Below are positions 8,933-18,308 of a DNA stretch of 64,000 nt, in pieces. The DNA comes from Thermoproteota archaeon (GTDB lineage: Archaea > Asgardarchaeota > Njordarchaeia > Njordarchaeales > Panguiarchaeaceae). Numbering within the stretch: position 1 is the first letter of the stretch; each line of letters begins with the position of its first letter. The notes beneath the pieces are model-generated. The model did not search any database. It was not told where the DNA came from and saw only the letters and a program-made list of their open reading frames with translations. Where the stretch lies: the NCBI GenBank assembly GCA_024720975.1, contig JANJXX010000001.1, forward strand, positions 255,408 through 319,407, written 5' to 3'. The translations under genes and the position numbers were made by a program.

Positions 8933-9412
8933 TTAAACTCTCCTACCTCGCCGTCCTCCAGGTCTTCTAATAGAATCATGAGGAATTGGCGTTACGTCAT
9001 CTATGGAAATTATTTGCAGCCCCGCTCTTGCAATTGATTTTATCGCTGCTGCAGCAGATGCTGAATTTATGTTTGGAGAGCGATTACCTCCTCTTCCTCG
9101 AAGTTTTATCATAACTTTTGATATTCCAAGCTCTCTTGCTCTCTGGGCCGCGTGACGTCCGACCATTAGTGCTACCCAAGGTGTCGGCTCATCCCTCGCA
9201 GTTTCTGCGAATAGACCACCAGAGGCACGTGCTATTGATATTGCACCCGTTGCATCTGTTATCGTCAGCAATGTGTTGTTTTTATGGCAGAATAAGTATG
9301 CTATCCCAATTTTTAGTGGATCCGCTGGGAGAGCTGCTACCTCAGCCTTCGCTTCCGCTTCTTCGGGAGTCTTTTTTACCTCTTCTTCGCTTTCTTCGGC
9401 ATTCTCAGACAT
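8933..9412 (-). CDS. rps11: 30S ribosomal protein uS11
   Basis: NNTLLTITDATGA and DVTPIPHDSIRRPGGRRGRRV. Confidence 0.97.
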   Translation of the reverse strand: MSENAEESEEEVKKTPEEAEAKAEVAALPADPLKIGIAYLFCHKNNTLLTITDATGAISIARASGGLFAETARDEPTPWVALMVGRHAAQRARELGISKVMIKLRGRGGNRSPNINSASAAAAIKSIARAGLQIISIDDVTPIPHDSIRRPGGRRGRRV

Positions 9413-9494
9413 GTAATCCTCACACTAGCAGTAGTTTTGACTTATACAATATTGTATGTTTAGCCGTTATAAATACTAGCCTTTGGAGGATTAG

Positions 9495-9908
9495 CTATCT
9501 GTAGCTTGTTTGGAATCTGGCACGCGCCCCCGGACCGCCAAATTTTTTCATTTCTTTCTGTCTGGTATCCTCAACTAGCAAGTATCTGTCGTACCATCTG
9601 AAAAGTTTTTCTAGACGTGGATCCTGGAAGTATTTAACAACAGCTCTAGCAATAGCACACCTGGCAGCATATAACTGCGAGACTAAACCCCCTCCTCTTA
9701 CTTTCACTCTCACATCTATCTGCTGGGCTAATTTTCCTATCAATAGCAAGGGTTCAAGCACTAATAGGCGCAGGTATTTATTTTCTATGAATGTAACTCG
9801 CTTTCCATTAATTCTCACGACTCCCGTTCCGGGTGTTATTATACAGCGGGCTCTTGCTGTTTTTCTTGTAGCACTTGCCAAGATTGCACTAACTGTTGTT
9901 GTACTCAT
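9495..9908 (-). CDS. rps9: 30S ribosomal protein uS9
   Basis: RKTARAR, VRGGG and KKFGGPGARARFQTSYR. Confidence 0.97.
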   Translation of the reverse strand: MSTTTVSAILASATRKTARARCIITPGTGVVRINGKRVTFIENKYLRLLVLEPLLLIGKLAQQIDVRVKVRGGGLVSQLYAARCAIARAVVKYFQDPRLEKLFRWYDRYLLVEDTRQKEMKKFGGPGARARFQTSYR

Positions 9909-9918
9909 TGCATCCACC

Positions 9919-10968
9919 TTACCTTCGGCTTAAACGCAATATTCGTGATGGGATACCCATTACTGCTATGTCAATGACTTTTTCTGCCTTATTAAAGACA
10001 AAATCTACATCGATATCCGCTCTTACTATTAAGACTGCTTCCTCCCAAGTATCGTTATTAGTTAGTAGACAGTTCACTCTGTTCAGGACCTCTCTTTGTT
10101 TTTCTTTTCCAGGAAACAGGAGCGTTAAATTAGAAAGCAGTGCACTTACTGAAACCGATCGCAGGCTTTCAATTGATTGCATGCGTATTTCTCTATATTT
10201 TATTTTCGTTGTTTTGCATTCGTCTGAAAAACAGAAGACCTCTACCATTTGTTTTCTCCAGCTTTTAGCCACTAGATCAAGAATCTTTTGATAATCAACA
10301 TTCAGTAAGTTGACGATTGCTGATTCTAAGATCCGCTCTTTTTGCGGTTCTTGATTAAAGAATTCAAATGCTGATTCACAAATTCCAGCATGGAAGATTT
10401 CACCAATCCCTGTTACTTTGTTACAGCATAGAGTCGCAAGCCTATTTACAGCCTCTGTGACTGTGTTCATTTCATTCTTGAAAAGTTTAATTGCTGGAAC
10501 GAACTTATTCCGAACGATAAAAGCTGCAATTTCTAGCTCTGGGGATTTTAAATCGACAGCTGGCCGCTTTTGAGTATCCTCTAAAAATCTATCTATGACT
10601 CCTTGACCAACTAATCGCCCAACGACTTTTTTGTCGATATCCGTAGTTTTAGGAACAACAGCGAAGGATTTTTCAAAGCTGAATATATCCGGCCATGGAA
10701 TGCTTTTAGACAGTTGGTATAAGTCCTCAATACTTTCGCATTCTTCAACCTTTGGTGCGAAATATAAGTTAATCACTGCTCGAGAGAACAAGGAAAGCAG
10801 TGTCGCATCTTCACTGATATCATCACTTTTAACGAGGAGTAGATTGGGCGTCAAATCGAAAACTTCTCTCTGACCTAATATCCTGCGGATTTCTCTTTCG
10901 ACGAGTTTGCTTGTACCTGGAATTATCTCTAGGCACAGAAACATAGAGACATCACAGATTAATCTCAT
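9919..10968 (-). CDS. THUMP-domain protein with degenerate Trm14/RlmL-like methyltransferase region
   Basis: IPWPDIF...SFAV...VGQGVIDRF...PAVDLKSPE THUMP motif. The SAM-binding DPxCGSG and NPPYG motifs are not recognisable. Confidence 0.7.
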   Translation of the reverse strand: MRLICDVSMFLCLEIIPGTSKLVEREIRRILGQREVFDLTPNLLLVKSDDISEDATLLSLFSRAVINLYFAPKVEECESIEDLYQLSKSIPWPDIFSFEKSFAVVPKTTDIDKKVVGRLVGQGVIDRFLEDTQKRPAVDLKSPELEIAAFIVRNKFVPAIKLFKNEMNTVTEAVNRLATLCCNKVTGIGEIFHAGICESAFEFFNQEPQKERILESAIVNLLNVDYQKILDLVAKSWRKQMVEVFCFSDECKTTKIKYREIRMQSIESLRSVSVSALLSNLTLLFPGKEKQREVLNRVNCLLTNNDTWEEAVLIVRADIDVDFVFNKAEKVIDIAVMGIPSRILRLSRR

Positions 10969-11030
10969 GTTAACAAGAAAGAAAAGAATAAGAATTATAG
11001 TAATTTGGAAAGTAGTCTTGACTTGGTGCT

Positions 11031-12200
11031 ATGATTGATATTTTGGGTGATATTCAAGTGCTAGAAGCATTTGAAGATGCCTTTATAACGTTCACTGACG
11101 CCGGAGAACGCATGCTAAAATATGCTTTAGATCAAGCTGAAATTCTCCTCAAGATTAGAAGCTTGCTATTAGAAGCCCGACAAAATAATAGAAGAGTTCA
11201 CACGGTAGGAATGGGTAGATCTGGACTCTGTGGTAAATTCCTCGCTGAATTACTAAAACTCAGACGTGTAAAATCTTCTGTTATTGGCACCACGTTAGCA
11301 AAGCCGGTCAATAATGGCGATGTTGTTTTTGCAATCTCTGGAAGCGGATGGACTAAGACCACGACCCTCTATACTGAGTTATGCCTAGAGAGAGGAGCTA
11401 CTGTTATCGCATTCACTGCAACTAAAGGATCGAAACTGGACAGACTATCTGACTATTCGTTGTACCTGCTTGGAAAACCTCTACCGACGTCTACAGACTA
11501 CATTGCAAGAAAAATCTCTGGAGATTACAGATCACCACTTGCGCCCATGGGATCTATATCCGAGTTTTCCACACTTCTTGTTTCCGCCGGGATAGCTAAT
11601 ATGATTGACTCTGAGGAACCTATAGAAGAATTTAAAAGGACATTGACAACGATAATCAATGTAGCAAAAAGCTCGTTAAGCAAACTACTGATTCATAGAG
11701 ATAACCTAAATAGACTAATAGCTTATTACGAAGTTGCTAAGAAAAAAAACCATTCATGCTTCTTTGGCGGTATGGGTCTTTTAAGTTACATCAGTGATAT
11801 CATATCCATAAGATTCCAACACCTTGGAATAGACGTTAGCGATATCTCGGATTGGATCCTACGAAAGAAAGAAGACGTTCTAACGATTCTTTCTGGATCC
11901 GGAGAAGCATCCATACTTAAAATCTTAGCAGAAGAAGGAAAACGGAGCGGAATGAAAATATTAAGCATCGTTGGAAATGATGAAAGCACTATAGCTAAGT
12001 TATCTGACGCGTTCTTGTTGTTAGAGGATATCGAGGAGCGCAAGAAATACTTTGAACTTGGACGCGAGGAACTTGGACGTTTCATACCCGCTTTTGAAAT
12101 TTCATGCTTCATACTGTACGAAAGCATTATCGCCGAACTAGCAAATAGATTCGGTATCACAGAAGAAGCTATGAAAGAAATGCACGCAAACATTGAATAG
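11031..12200 (+). CDS. Tandem SIS-domain protein, 6-phospho-3-hexuloisomerase (PHI/HxlB)-like
   Basis: VGMGRSG, ISGSGWT, APMGSISE and C-terminal MHANIE. A second repeat has GMG and LSGSGE. Confidence 0.8.
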   Translation: MIDILGDIQVLEAFEDAFITFTDAGERMLKYALDQAEILLKIRSLLLEARQNNRRVHTVGMGRSGLCGKFLAELLKLRRVKSSVIGTTLAKPVNNGDVVFAISGSGWTKTTTLYTELCLERGATVIAFTATKGSKLDRLSDYSLYLLGKPLPTSTDYIARKISGDYRSPLAPMGSISEFSTLLVSAGIANMIDSEEPIEEFKRTLTTIINVAKSSLSKLLIHRDNLNRLIAYYEVAKKKNHSCFFGGMGLLSYISDIISIRFQHLGIDVSDISDWILRKKEDVLTILSGSGEASILKILAEEGKRSGMKILSIVGNDESTIAKLSDAFLLLEDIEERKKYFELGREELGRFIPAFEISCFILYESIIAELANRFGITEEAMKEMHANIE

Positions 12201-12242
12201 GTGAATATGAGGTAATAGAACCATACTTTCTAGGAGAATAAA

Positions 12243-12896
12243 TTATAAGAGGCGATACAATTTTCTTAGTGCGTCGTACGTCGCGTACACAAAGCTAATT
12301 GCTGTTCTAGTCCTACCAAAGCTTTTAGTCCAACAATCTTGCACTCCAGCAAGCTCGAGAACACGCTTCGCGGCTTCTCCAGCAACAAGACCTGTTCCTC
12401 TAGGTGCTGGCAGTAAATGAATCCTTACGCTTCCACACTCACCAACGATTTTAAATGGAACTGAATGTGGCATATTACAGCGACATTCCCAACTACCACA
12501 ACCCCTCATTATTGGTATTAGGTTCTTTTTCGCATTAGTTATTGCCTCTTGTATTGAAAAGCGCATTTCTGGGTTTCCGCCTTTTCCAACACCAACTAAC
12601 CCATCTTTATTACCAATAACTGCAACAGTCCTAAAGCTAAATCTTCTTCCGCTGTCGGTCATTCGTGCTGTTACAATAACGTTCAAAATGTAGCCATAAA
12701 TTTTATCTCCAACGAACCAATCTACTATTTCAGGCTCTGGTATGCTGCTAGTGTAGTAAAGTAATTCCTGTATAGTCCCAATTTTACCCTCTTTTACAAG
12801 CTTGCCAATTGTTGTTCGCGGCTTCCAAAATTCTTCTAATTCTTCCCGGGGCCTTACTATAGATTCTGGAGGTACTTCCCTAACTTTTATAACCAT
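12243..12896 (-). CDS. rps5: 30S ribosomal protein uS5
   Basis: WKPRT, RMTDSGRR, RGCGSWEC and PAPRGTGLVA. Confidence 0.97.
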   Translation of the reverse strand: MVIKVREVPPESIVRPREELEEFWKPRTTIGKLVKEGKIGTIQELLYYTSSIPEPEIVDWFVGDKIYGYILNVIVTARMTDSGRRFSFRTVAVIGNKDGLVGVGKGGNPEMRFSIQEAITNAKKNLIPIMRGCGSWECRCNMPHSVPFKIVGECGSVRIHLLPAPRGTGLVAGEAAKRVLELAGVQDCWTKSFGRTRTAISFVYATYDALRKLYRLL

Positions 12897-12899
12897 CCT

Positions 12900-13529
12900 T
12901 CATTCACCTACTCTTTTGATCCAGTCGGGTAGGCTGGTATTGTATTCCTTCGCTATTTTACTCAATACTTCAATGAAATTATTAGTTATTTCTTCTGGCC
13001 TAATACCATTAGCTAGATAAAAACTAAACTGTCTGTCATAACGTTTAGGGTCTTTTTCCTTAAGTCTCCTAGAAAATTCAGCTATATGCTTTCCAACTAT
13101 ACGCTCAGCTGATGGAAGTATGTCTGGGTCATATGGAATCTGCACTCCAGAGTCTATGAGTCCCTTGAGAGCAGCATAAAGCCTATTACCTCTAGTAGAT
13201 CTTTGAGGACCTATATCTAGTATCGCTTCGTTGATATTAGCTTTTCTAGCTTTCAGACCCGCTAAGAATCCTGTTAGATATGCTGCAGGCACATTACCAC
13301 AGCTGTATTTCCAACCGTACCTTCTTAATTCAGACGAGTGTGTATAAGATAGAGTTCTATCACCTAGTATCGCTCCCTCAGCGAATTGAACGATGACATT
13401 TCTGAGACTTTTTCTTACTACTGCTCTAATTTTCCTGGAGAGCAACATTTTATATCGGGCGCGATAGTCAGTTTTGCCTTCTCTTCTTCGCCGCCATGGA
13501 ACTTTGTACGCTTTTCCGAACTTCTTCAT
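12900..13529 (-). CDS. rpl18: 50S ribosomal protein uL18
   Basis: RRRREGKTDYRAR, AAYLTG and AILDIG. Confidence 0.97.
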   Translation of the reverse strand: MKKFGKAYKVPWRRRREGKTDYRARYKMLLSRKIRAVVRKSLRNVIVQFAEGAILGDRTLSYTHSSELRRYGWKYSCGNVPAAYLTGFLAGLKARKANINEAILDIGPQRSTRGNRLYAALKGLIDSGVQIPYDPDILPSAERIVGKHIAEFSRRLKEKDPKRYDRQFSFYLANGIRPEEITNNFIEVLSKIAKEYNTSLPDWIKRVGE

Positions 13530-14035
13530 TTCTCACCACCATACTTTATGAGAATTTCCTCCTTCCAATTTTCTGGTATTGGTTTGGTGTTGAGCTTACG
13601 TTCTAATATGTAGCTAATGACATGACCTTTACTCTTAAATGTTCCAGCTTTCGCAAGTCTGCGAAGATAATTGTATGTTTTTGGAGTTATTATTCCGGCG
13701 AGTTTCAATGCTCTTAGCGTGCGCCTAATTGCTCTTATTTTGGTAACCCAAATGTACGACCCGCCTGCGCGGACATAGTAGGAACCCTTTCTTTTTCCAG
13801 GGCCTCTTCTACGCCCTTTTCTTCGTTTTTCTGCCAACTTGTTGGCTCTAATATGACTAGTTCCTTCAATTGGACGCTTCCAGATTTTTCTCTCTTTTAT
13901 TAACTTTCTTATCTCCTCGCTTGTAACCGCAGAAGAAACAATGTCAGTGGCATCAGGATCTATCCAAACTCTATTAATTCCACATTTTAGAATTCTAGCC
14001 GCTACTCGTCTTTGTAGGATAAGCTTTCTTGTCAT
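13526..14035 (-). CDS. rpl19e: 50S ribosomal protein eL19
   Basis: QRRVAARILKCGINRVWIDP and GRRRGPGKRKG. Confidence 0.96.
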   Translation of the reverse strand: MTRKLILQRRVAARILKCGINRVWIDPDATDIVSSAVTSEEIRKLIKERKIWKRPIEGTSHIRANKLAEKRRKGRRRGPGKRKGSYYVRAGGSYIWVTKIRAIRRTLRALKLAGIITPKTYNYLRRLAKAGTFKSKGHVISYILERKLNTKPIPENWKEEILIKYGGEK

Positions 14036-14073
14036 AGAAATCCCCAACAAGCTTTTTATCTATTCCCTTCCAA

Positions 14074-14610
14074 CTAGGAGCCTCCAGATTCACTAGTAGT
14101 TTTTCTCTCGGACTCGGTTTTGGGTCTTTCTTCAGCTTCTATTTCCTCAACAAGTTTTTCGAGTTTTTCTTCTAATGGTTGGGGAGGAGTCTCAAGACGC
14201 ATCTCGGGCGGTTTTCTTGGATTAAGAATGTGAATACCAAAATTTTTAGCAAATTGAATGATTTGCAATCGTTTTCTCTGGCCCACACTGGATGCTATTC
14301 TCGCTGCTTCCGTAGCTGGATCTATTATAAATAAGTCCTCCACTCGACGTACTAGAACTTCTCTTCTACCTGATGGGTGAAGGTATCTAACGAGTTTAGG
14401 AGCGCGGTATCCAACTTTCACCTTAGGTGGGTAGCCTTTGTATTGTAGTCTAACTTTATTATCCCGTCCTTTAGGATACCTCCAGGAATCATCCAGTTTC
14501 GTCCAACGCCAAGATAAGTACCGTCGGAATTCTTTGCGATTTCTTTTCCTTACCTTAAGCAATCTACGTATTTCTCGTACTTGAGTTTCGTTCAACTCTT
14601 TCAATGCCAT
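14074..14610 (-). CDS. rpl32e: 50S ribosomal protein eL32 with acidic C-terminal extension
   Basis: WRYPKGRDNKVR, GYRAP...LHPSG, IASSVG and ILNP. Confidence 0.96.
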   Translation of the reverse strand: MALKELNETQVREIRRLLKVRKRNRKEFRRYLSWRWTKLDDSWRYPKGRDNKVRLQYKGYPPKVKVGYRAPKLVRYLHPSGRREVLVRRVEDLFIIDPATEAARIASSVGQRKRLQIIQFAKNFGIHILNPRKPPEMRLETPPQPLEEKLEKLVEEIEAEERPKTESERKTTSESGGS

Positions 14611-14705
14611 TAGCTACACCACCAGGATCAAGTAACCTTAGATGAACCTTAGACAATTTATAACGAAACAATAAATTAGGATATTAGATATTTTATCCTT
14701 ATCTT

Positions 14706-15044
14706 GGGGGGAGCTTAGGCCTAGCGGGTTTCCATTTCATGGTGGAAAGTCCCCCGCCCCAAATTCAGGCAGGGCGGCGCAAGCCGCGGAGGAGAAATCC
14801 TCCGTAAGGGCAACAGAAACGACACGTCCTCCTGCAGATGCCAATGCGGCAGCGAAGGGCATGGCAACATGCCCGAGTTAACCTGCCGAGAATGCAGGAG
14901 GGAACGATGAAACGAGGCCCTCCCTGAGGGGCTAAGGAATGAACCGTCGGCTGTGAAGCCTGAGCCGACGCGGACCGCTTAGTCTGATCCCGCTAGGGTA
15001 TCAAACCCGAAACAAAAGGGGGCTTATGGGCCTAGGCTCCTCCC
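14706..15044 (+). ncRNA. rnpB: RNase P RNA
   Basis: P1 GGGGGAGCTTAGGCC/GGCCTAGGCTCCTCCC; P4 strands GAAAGTCCCCC and AACAAAAGGGGGCTTA; conserved GCAACAGAAA and GATGAAACG. Confidence 0.93.
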
Positions 15045-15058
15045 AACATCTGAGTACT

Positions 15059-15133
15059 GGGCCCGTGGCGTAGTCAGGATATCGCGCGGGCTTTCGGAGC
15101 CCGGGGTCGCGGGTTCAAATCCCGCCGGGCCCA
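15059..15133 (+). tRNA. tRNA-Arg(TCG)
   Basis: GGGCCCG...CGGGC-TTTCGGA-GCCCG...CGGGCCC-A, 14 nt downstream of rnpB. Confidence 0.95.
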
Positions 15134-15204
15134 ATTCGCTCTGTAATTCTAGTAGGGTCCGAGATCTTGGTACTCTGGCTCAGAAATTCTAAGAAACATG
15201 CTAA

Positions 15205-16425
15205 TCAAGGTTGCGCCAACACGCAAGCTAATTCTTGGTATATCTCCGCAAAAAGGGGATCTTTGAGTAGGATATCCTCGATGACTTCCACCGGTATCTC
15301 TAATTTGATTATTCGCGTACGTCCGTGTCTGCCAAACGAAACTATTGTTGAACTTATTATTCCAAGTGTCTCTAACTCTGCCAGGTAATCGTTAATTCTT
15401 CTGAGAGTTATAGGCTGCCTTCCTATCTGTGAGAGTAGCCAATCATAAGTCTGTTTTATCCTACCTGTTACTATCTTACTACTCGTCTTGGACAGTCCTG
15501 CTATTCCCAGTAATAAAAGTTGCTGATTTGGCGGAAGAGTTAATATAACCTCCTTTATTATATTTCTCTCTACCTCTTCAGATGCCTGCATTACGTGATC
15601 CACTGCAACTTTTGAATCACCCTTTCTCTCTGCAATCTCCCCCGCTACTCGAAGCAAATCTATGGCTTTTCTAGCATCACCATCTCTGGCTGCCACTGCT
15701 GCAGCATATCTTATTGCTTCGTCATCTATTACTCCCTCCCAGAAGGCTAACTTTGCTCTCTGCAGTAATATACCATACAGCTGGTCCTGTGTGTATGGTT
15801 GAAAGATTATAGTTTCCTCCGACAAACTTGAGAGAACCCTAGCATCTAGATATTCCCTAAAGCGTACATCATTTGTAATGCCAATTAACGATATTTTCGA
15901 TTTTGCAAGTTCGGAGTTCAGTCGCGTGAATTGATAAAGAATATCGTCCCCAGAATATTTAACCAGCCAGTCTACTTCATCAAAAACAACAAGGAAAAAC
16001 ATGTAATTTTCCTCTAGTCTTTTCATAATCAAAGAAAGAATTACATCTGGAGGAAGCCCCGTTTTAGAAATTTTAAGCTCAAGGTCTGTGGCTATTTTTA
16101 CGAGTGCGCGATAATTGGTGCGATAGAACCGGCAATTCACGTACGAATAGCCGAAAGGAACCTTAGCTTCGTCTGTTTTTTCCTTTAGCTTTCTCAGAAC
16201 TAGCTGTGTAACTGCTGTTTTACCAGTGCCTACAGGACCATACTCAAAAATGTTACTGGGTCGCGTCCCCTTGAGTATATTTACTAAAATATCGGCAAGT
16301 TTTAATATTTCCTTCTCTCTGTAGGGGAGATCATCTGGAACGTAGTCTACAGATAGGTACCTTTTGTCCTTAAATACGCTTCTTCTACTAAGTGCTTGCT
16401 CAAGAAATTTGTCTAATAGACTCAT
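15205..16425 (-). CDS. cdc6: Orc1/Cdc6 replication initiator
   Basis: LPYRE, Walker A GPVGTGKT, Walker B VVFDEVD, LDARVLSSL, GDARKAIDLLR and winged-helix SFGRHGRTR. Confidence 0.96.
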   Translation of the reverse strand: MSLLDKFLEQALSRRSVFKDKRYLSVDYVPDDLPYREKEILKLADILVNILKGTRPSNIFEYGPVGTGKTAVTQLVLRKLKEKTDEAKVPFGYSYVNCRFYRTNYRALVKIATDLELKISKTGLPPDVILSLIMKRLEENYMFFLVVFDEVDWLVKYSGDDILYQFTRLNSELAKSKISLIGITNDVRFREYLDARVLSSLSEETIIFQPYTQDQLYGILLQRAKLAFWEGVIDDEAIRYAAAVAARDGDARKAIDLLRVAGEIAERKGDSKVAVDHVMQASEEVERNIIKEVILTLPPNQQLLLLGIAGLSKTSSKIVTGRIKQTYDWLLSQIGRQPITLRRINDYLAELETLGIISSTIVSFGRHGRTRIIKLEIPVEVIEDILLKDPLFAEIYQELACVLAQP

Positions 16426-16672
16426 CTTTACGAGGACCCACTAGACTTGTGCGTATATAGAGCTCCTGAGGAAGCTTAAACAAGAAGGCATTACCTATAC
16501 AATACATCTGAAATACACGATAATGCATACGCTAGGACAACTGTTCAGACTACTAGAATAATTAGGAAAAGCAAACTTTTGCTTTATCTTCAGGCAGTTG
16601 TCATTTTTAAATTCATCCAATAAATTTTTTGCAAATTTTGTACCTGTTGGCTGCATTGTAGCGGGCTGGATT

Positions 16673-18283
16673 ATGGAACCTCGCAAAAAATACGTCATTG
16701 ACATAAGTCTTATAACGTCAGGAGGTTTGGAAACGGAAACCACACAGGAGTTGGCGAAGGACAATGCTACCTTTTATGTTCACTCCTTAATAATACGAAA
16801 ACTAAAAAATATGGCCGACGAAGGTCTAGACGAGGGTCGCATAGGTATTTCGCTACTCGAAAACTTCGGGAAAAAAGCTCGACTTGAATTTGAATTCTCC
16901 GATGTTCCCGACAGAGTTTCCATCACTGAAGCAATTTTAGAGCTCGCAATGCGACTATCTGCCACTGTATTAACTAGTGATGAAAACGTCCACAAGTTAT
17001 GCAGGGGTTTCAAAATAGACTCTATTCTAATAAAGAAAGATGTTGATATCAATACGTTGAAACTCCTACAATTCTTTGATGATGAAACATTGAGCATTCA
17101 TTTAAAAGAGAAATGCAAGCCATTTCGAAAGAAGGGGGTGCCTGGAAATTGGGTGTTTGAAGAAATACGTGACAATCCTATTACGGCGGATGAACTAAGA
17201 GAATTAATAAGAGAAGTTATAGAGGCTGCAAAAATTCATCCTGGAAGTTTCATCGAGATTGAAAGACCTGGCAGTACAATAATTCAATTGAGGGATCTCA
17301 GAATAGTGATAACAAGACCTCCGTTCTCCGATGGCCTTGAAATAACCGCTGTTAGGCCTGTGAGAAGACTACATCTAGAGGACTATCATCTTCCGGAAAA
17401 ACTGATTCGAAGACTTGAGCTTCGAGCCGAGGGAATTCTGATTTCTGGCAGTCCTGGTGCCGGAAAAACTACTTTTGCGCAGGCTTTAGCAGAGTTTTAT
17501 CGCAGAAAGGGTAAAATAATAAAAACTATAGAAGCACCGCGAGACATGCAGCTAAGTGAGGATATAACTCAATACTCAAAAAGCTATGGAACACCAGAGG
17601 AACTCCATGACATTCTTTTGCTCTCTAGACCTGATTATTGCATATTCGACGAAATACGCAATCCGGAGGATATAGAACTATTCTCTGACCTTAGGCTCGC
17701 CGGTATAGGCATGGTTGGTGTTATTCACTCAACGACGGCTATAGACGCCATACAACGATTTATAGGCAAGGTAGAACTCGGGATGATACCTAGCATTATT
17801 GACACAGTAATCCATATGAAGCATGGCCAAATTGAAAGGGTCCTAGCTTTGAGAACAATGGTTAAAATTCCGCACGGGTTAACAAGTGAAGATCTAGCTC
17901 GTCCTGTGGTCGTAGTTTACGACTTCCTCTCAGGTAGACCTCTTTTTGAGATTTATACATTTGGAGAGAGAACGTTCGTGGTACCTATTTCAAGGGAGGC
18001 TAGTAGAGAAATTTATGGTGAATCTATGGAAGGAGCTTTAGAAGCCCCAACCCAGGAGGGGCTGATATTTACATTAAGAGAAACCAAACGCGCATATATA
18101 TTTGACTTCGGAAAGAAATACGGATCCAAACACGTGGTTGGTTACGCTGGATCGAAAATCATCGCGAGAGGCGTAACATCAAGAAGTGGCAAGTTAGTAG
18201 TTTCTAAAAGATCTCATTCAGGCAGAGCAATCGAAGAAGCTCTAAGCGCCGGGGAAGAGCTTAAGTTTTATATGGGACAATAG
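16673..18283 (+). CDS. PIN-domain PilT-type ATPase (PINA/MJ1533 family)
   Basis: N-terminal PIN-like domain, RPPFSDGLEITAVRP, Walker A GSPGAGKTT, LRLAGIGMVGVIH. The ORF track extends to 16598. Confidence 0.88.
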   Translation: MEPRKKYVIDISLITSGGLETETTQELAKDNATFYVHSLIIRKLKNMADEGLDEGRIGISLLENFGKKARLEFEFSDVPDRVSITEAILELAMRLSATVLTSDENVHKLCRGFKIDSILIKKDVDINTLKLLQFFDDETLSIHLKEKCKPFRKKGVPGNWVFEEIRDNPITADELRELIREVIEAAKIHPGSFIEIERPGSTIIQLRDLRIVITRPPFSDGLEITAVRPVRRLHLEDYHLPEKLIRRLELRAEGILISGSPGAGKTTFAQALAEFYRRKGKIIKTIEAPRDMQLSEDITQYSKSYGTPEELHDILLLSRPDYCIFDEIRNPEDIELFSDLRLAGIGMVGVIHSTTAIDAIQRFIGKVELGMIPSIIDTVIHMKHGQIERVLALRTMVKIPHGLTSEDLARPVVVVYDFLSGRPLFEIYTFGERTFVVPISREASREIYGESMEGALEAPTQEGLIFTLRETKRAYIFDFGKKYGSKHVVGYAGSKIIARGVTSRSGKLVVSKRSHSGRAIEEALSAGEELKFYMGQ

Positions 18284-18308
18284 TAGTTGGCTAAGTATTA
18301 TTTCATTT

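Noticed and set aside
16426-16672. Possible replication origin next to cdc6
   Set aside because: The region is AT-rich, but no repeated ORB/mini-ORB (TTCCAGTGGAAA/G-string) motifs were recognisable.
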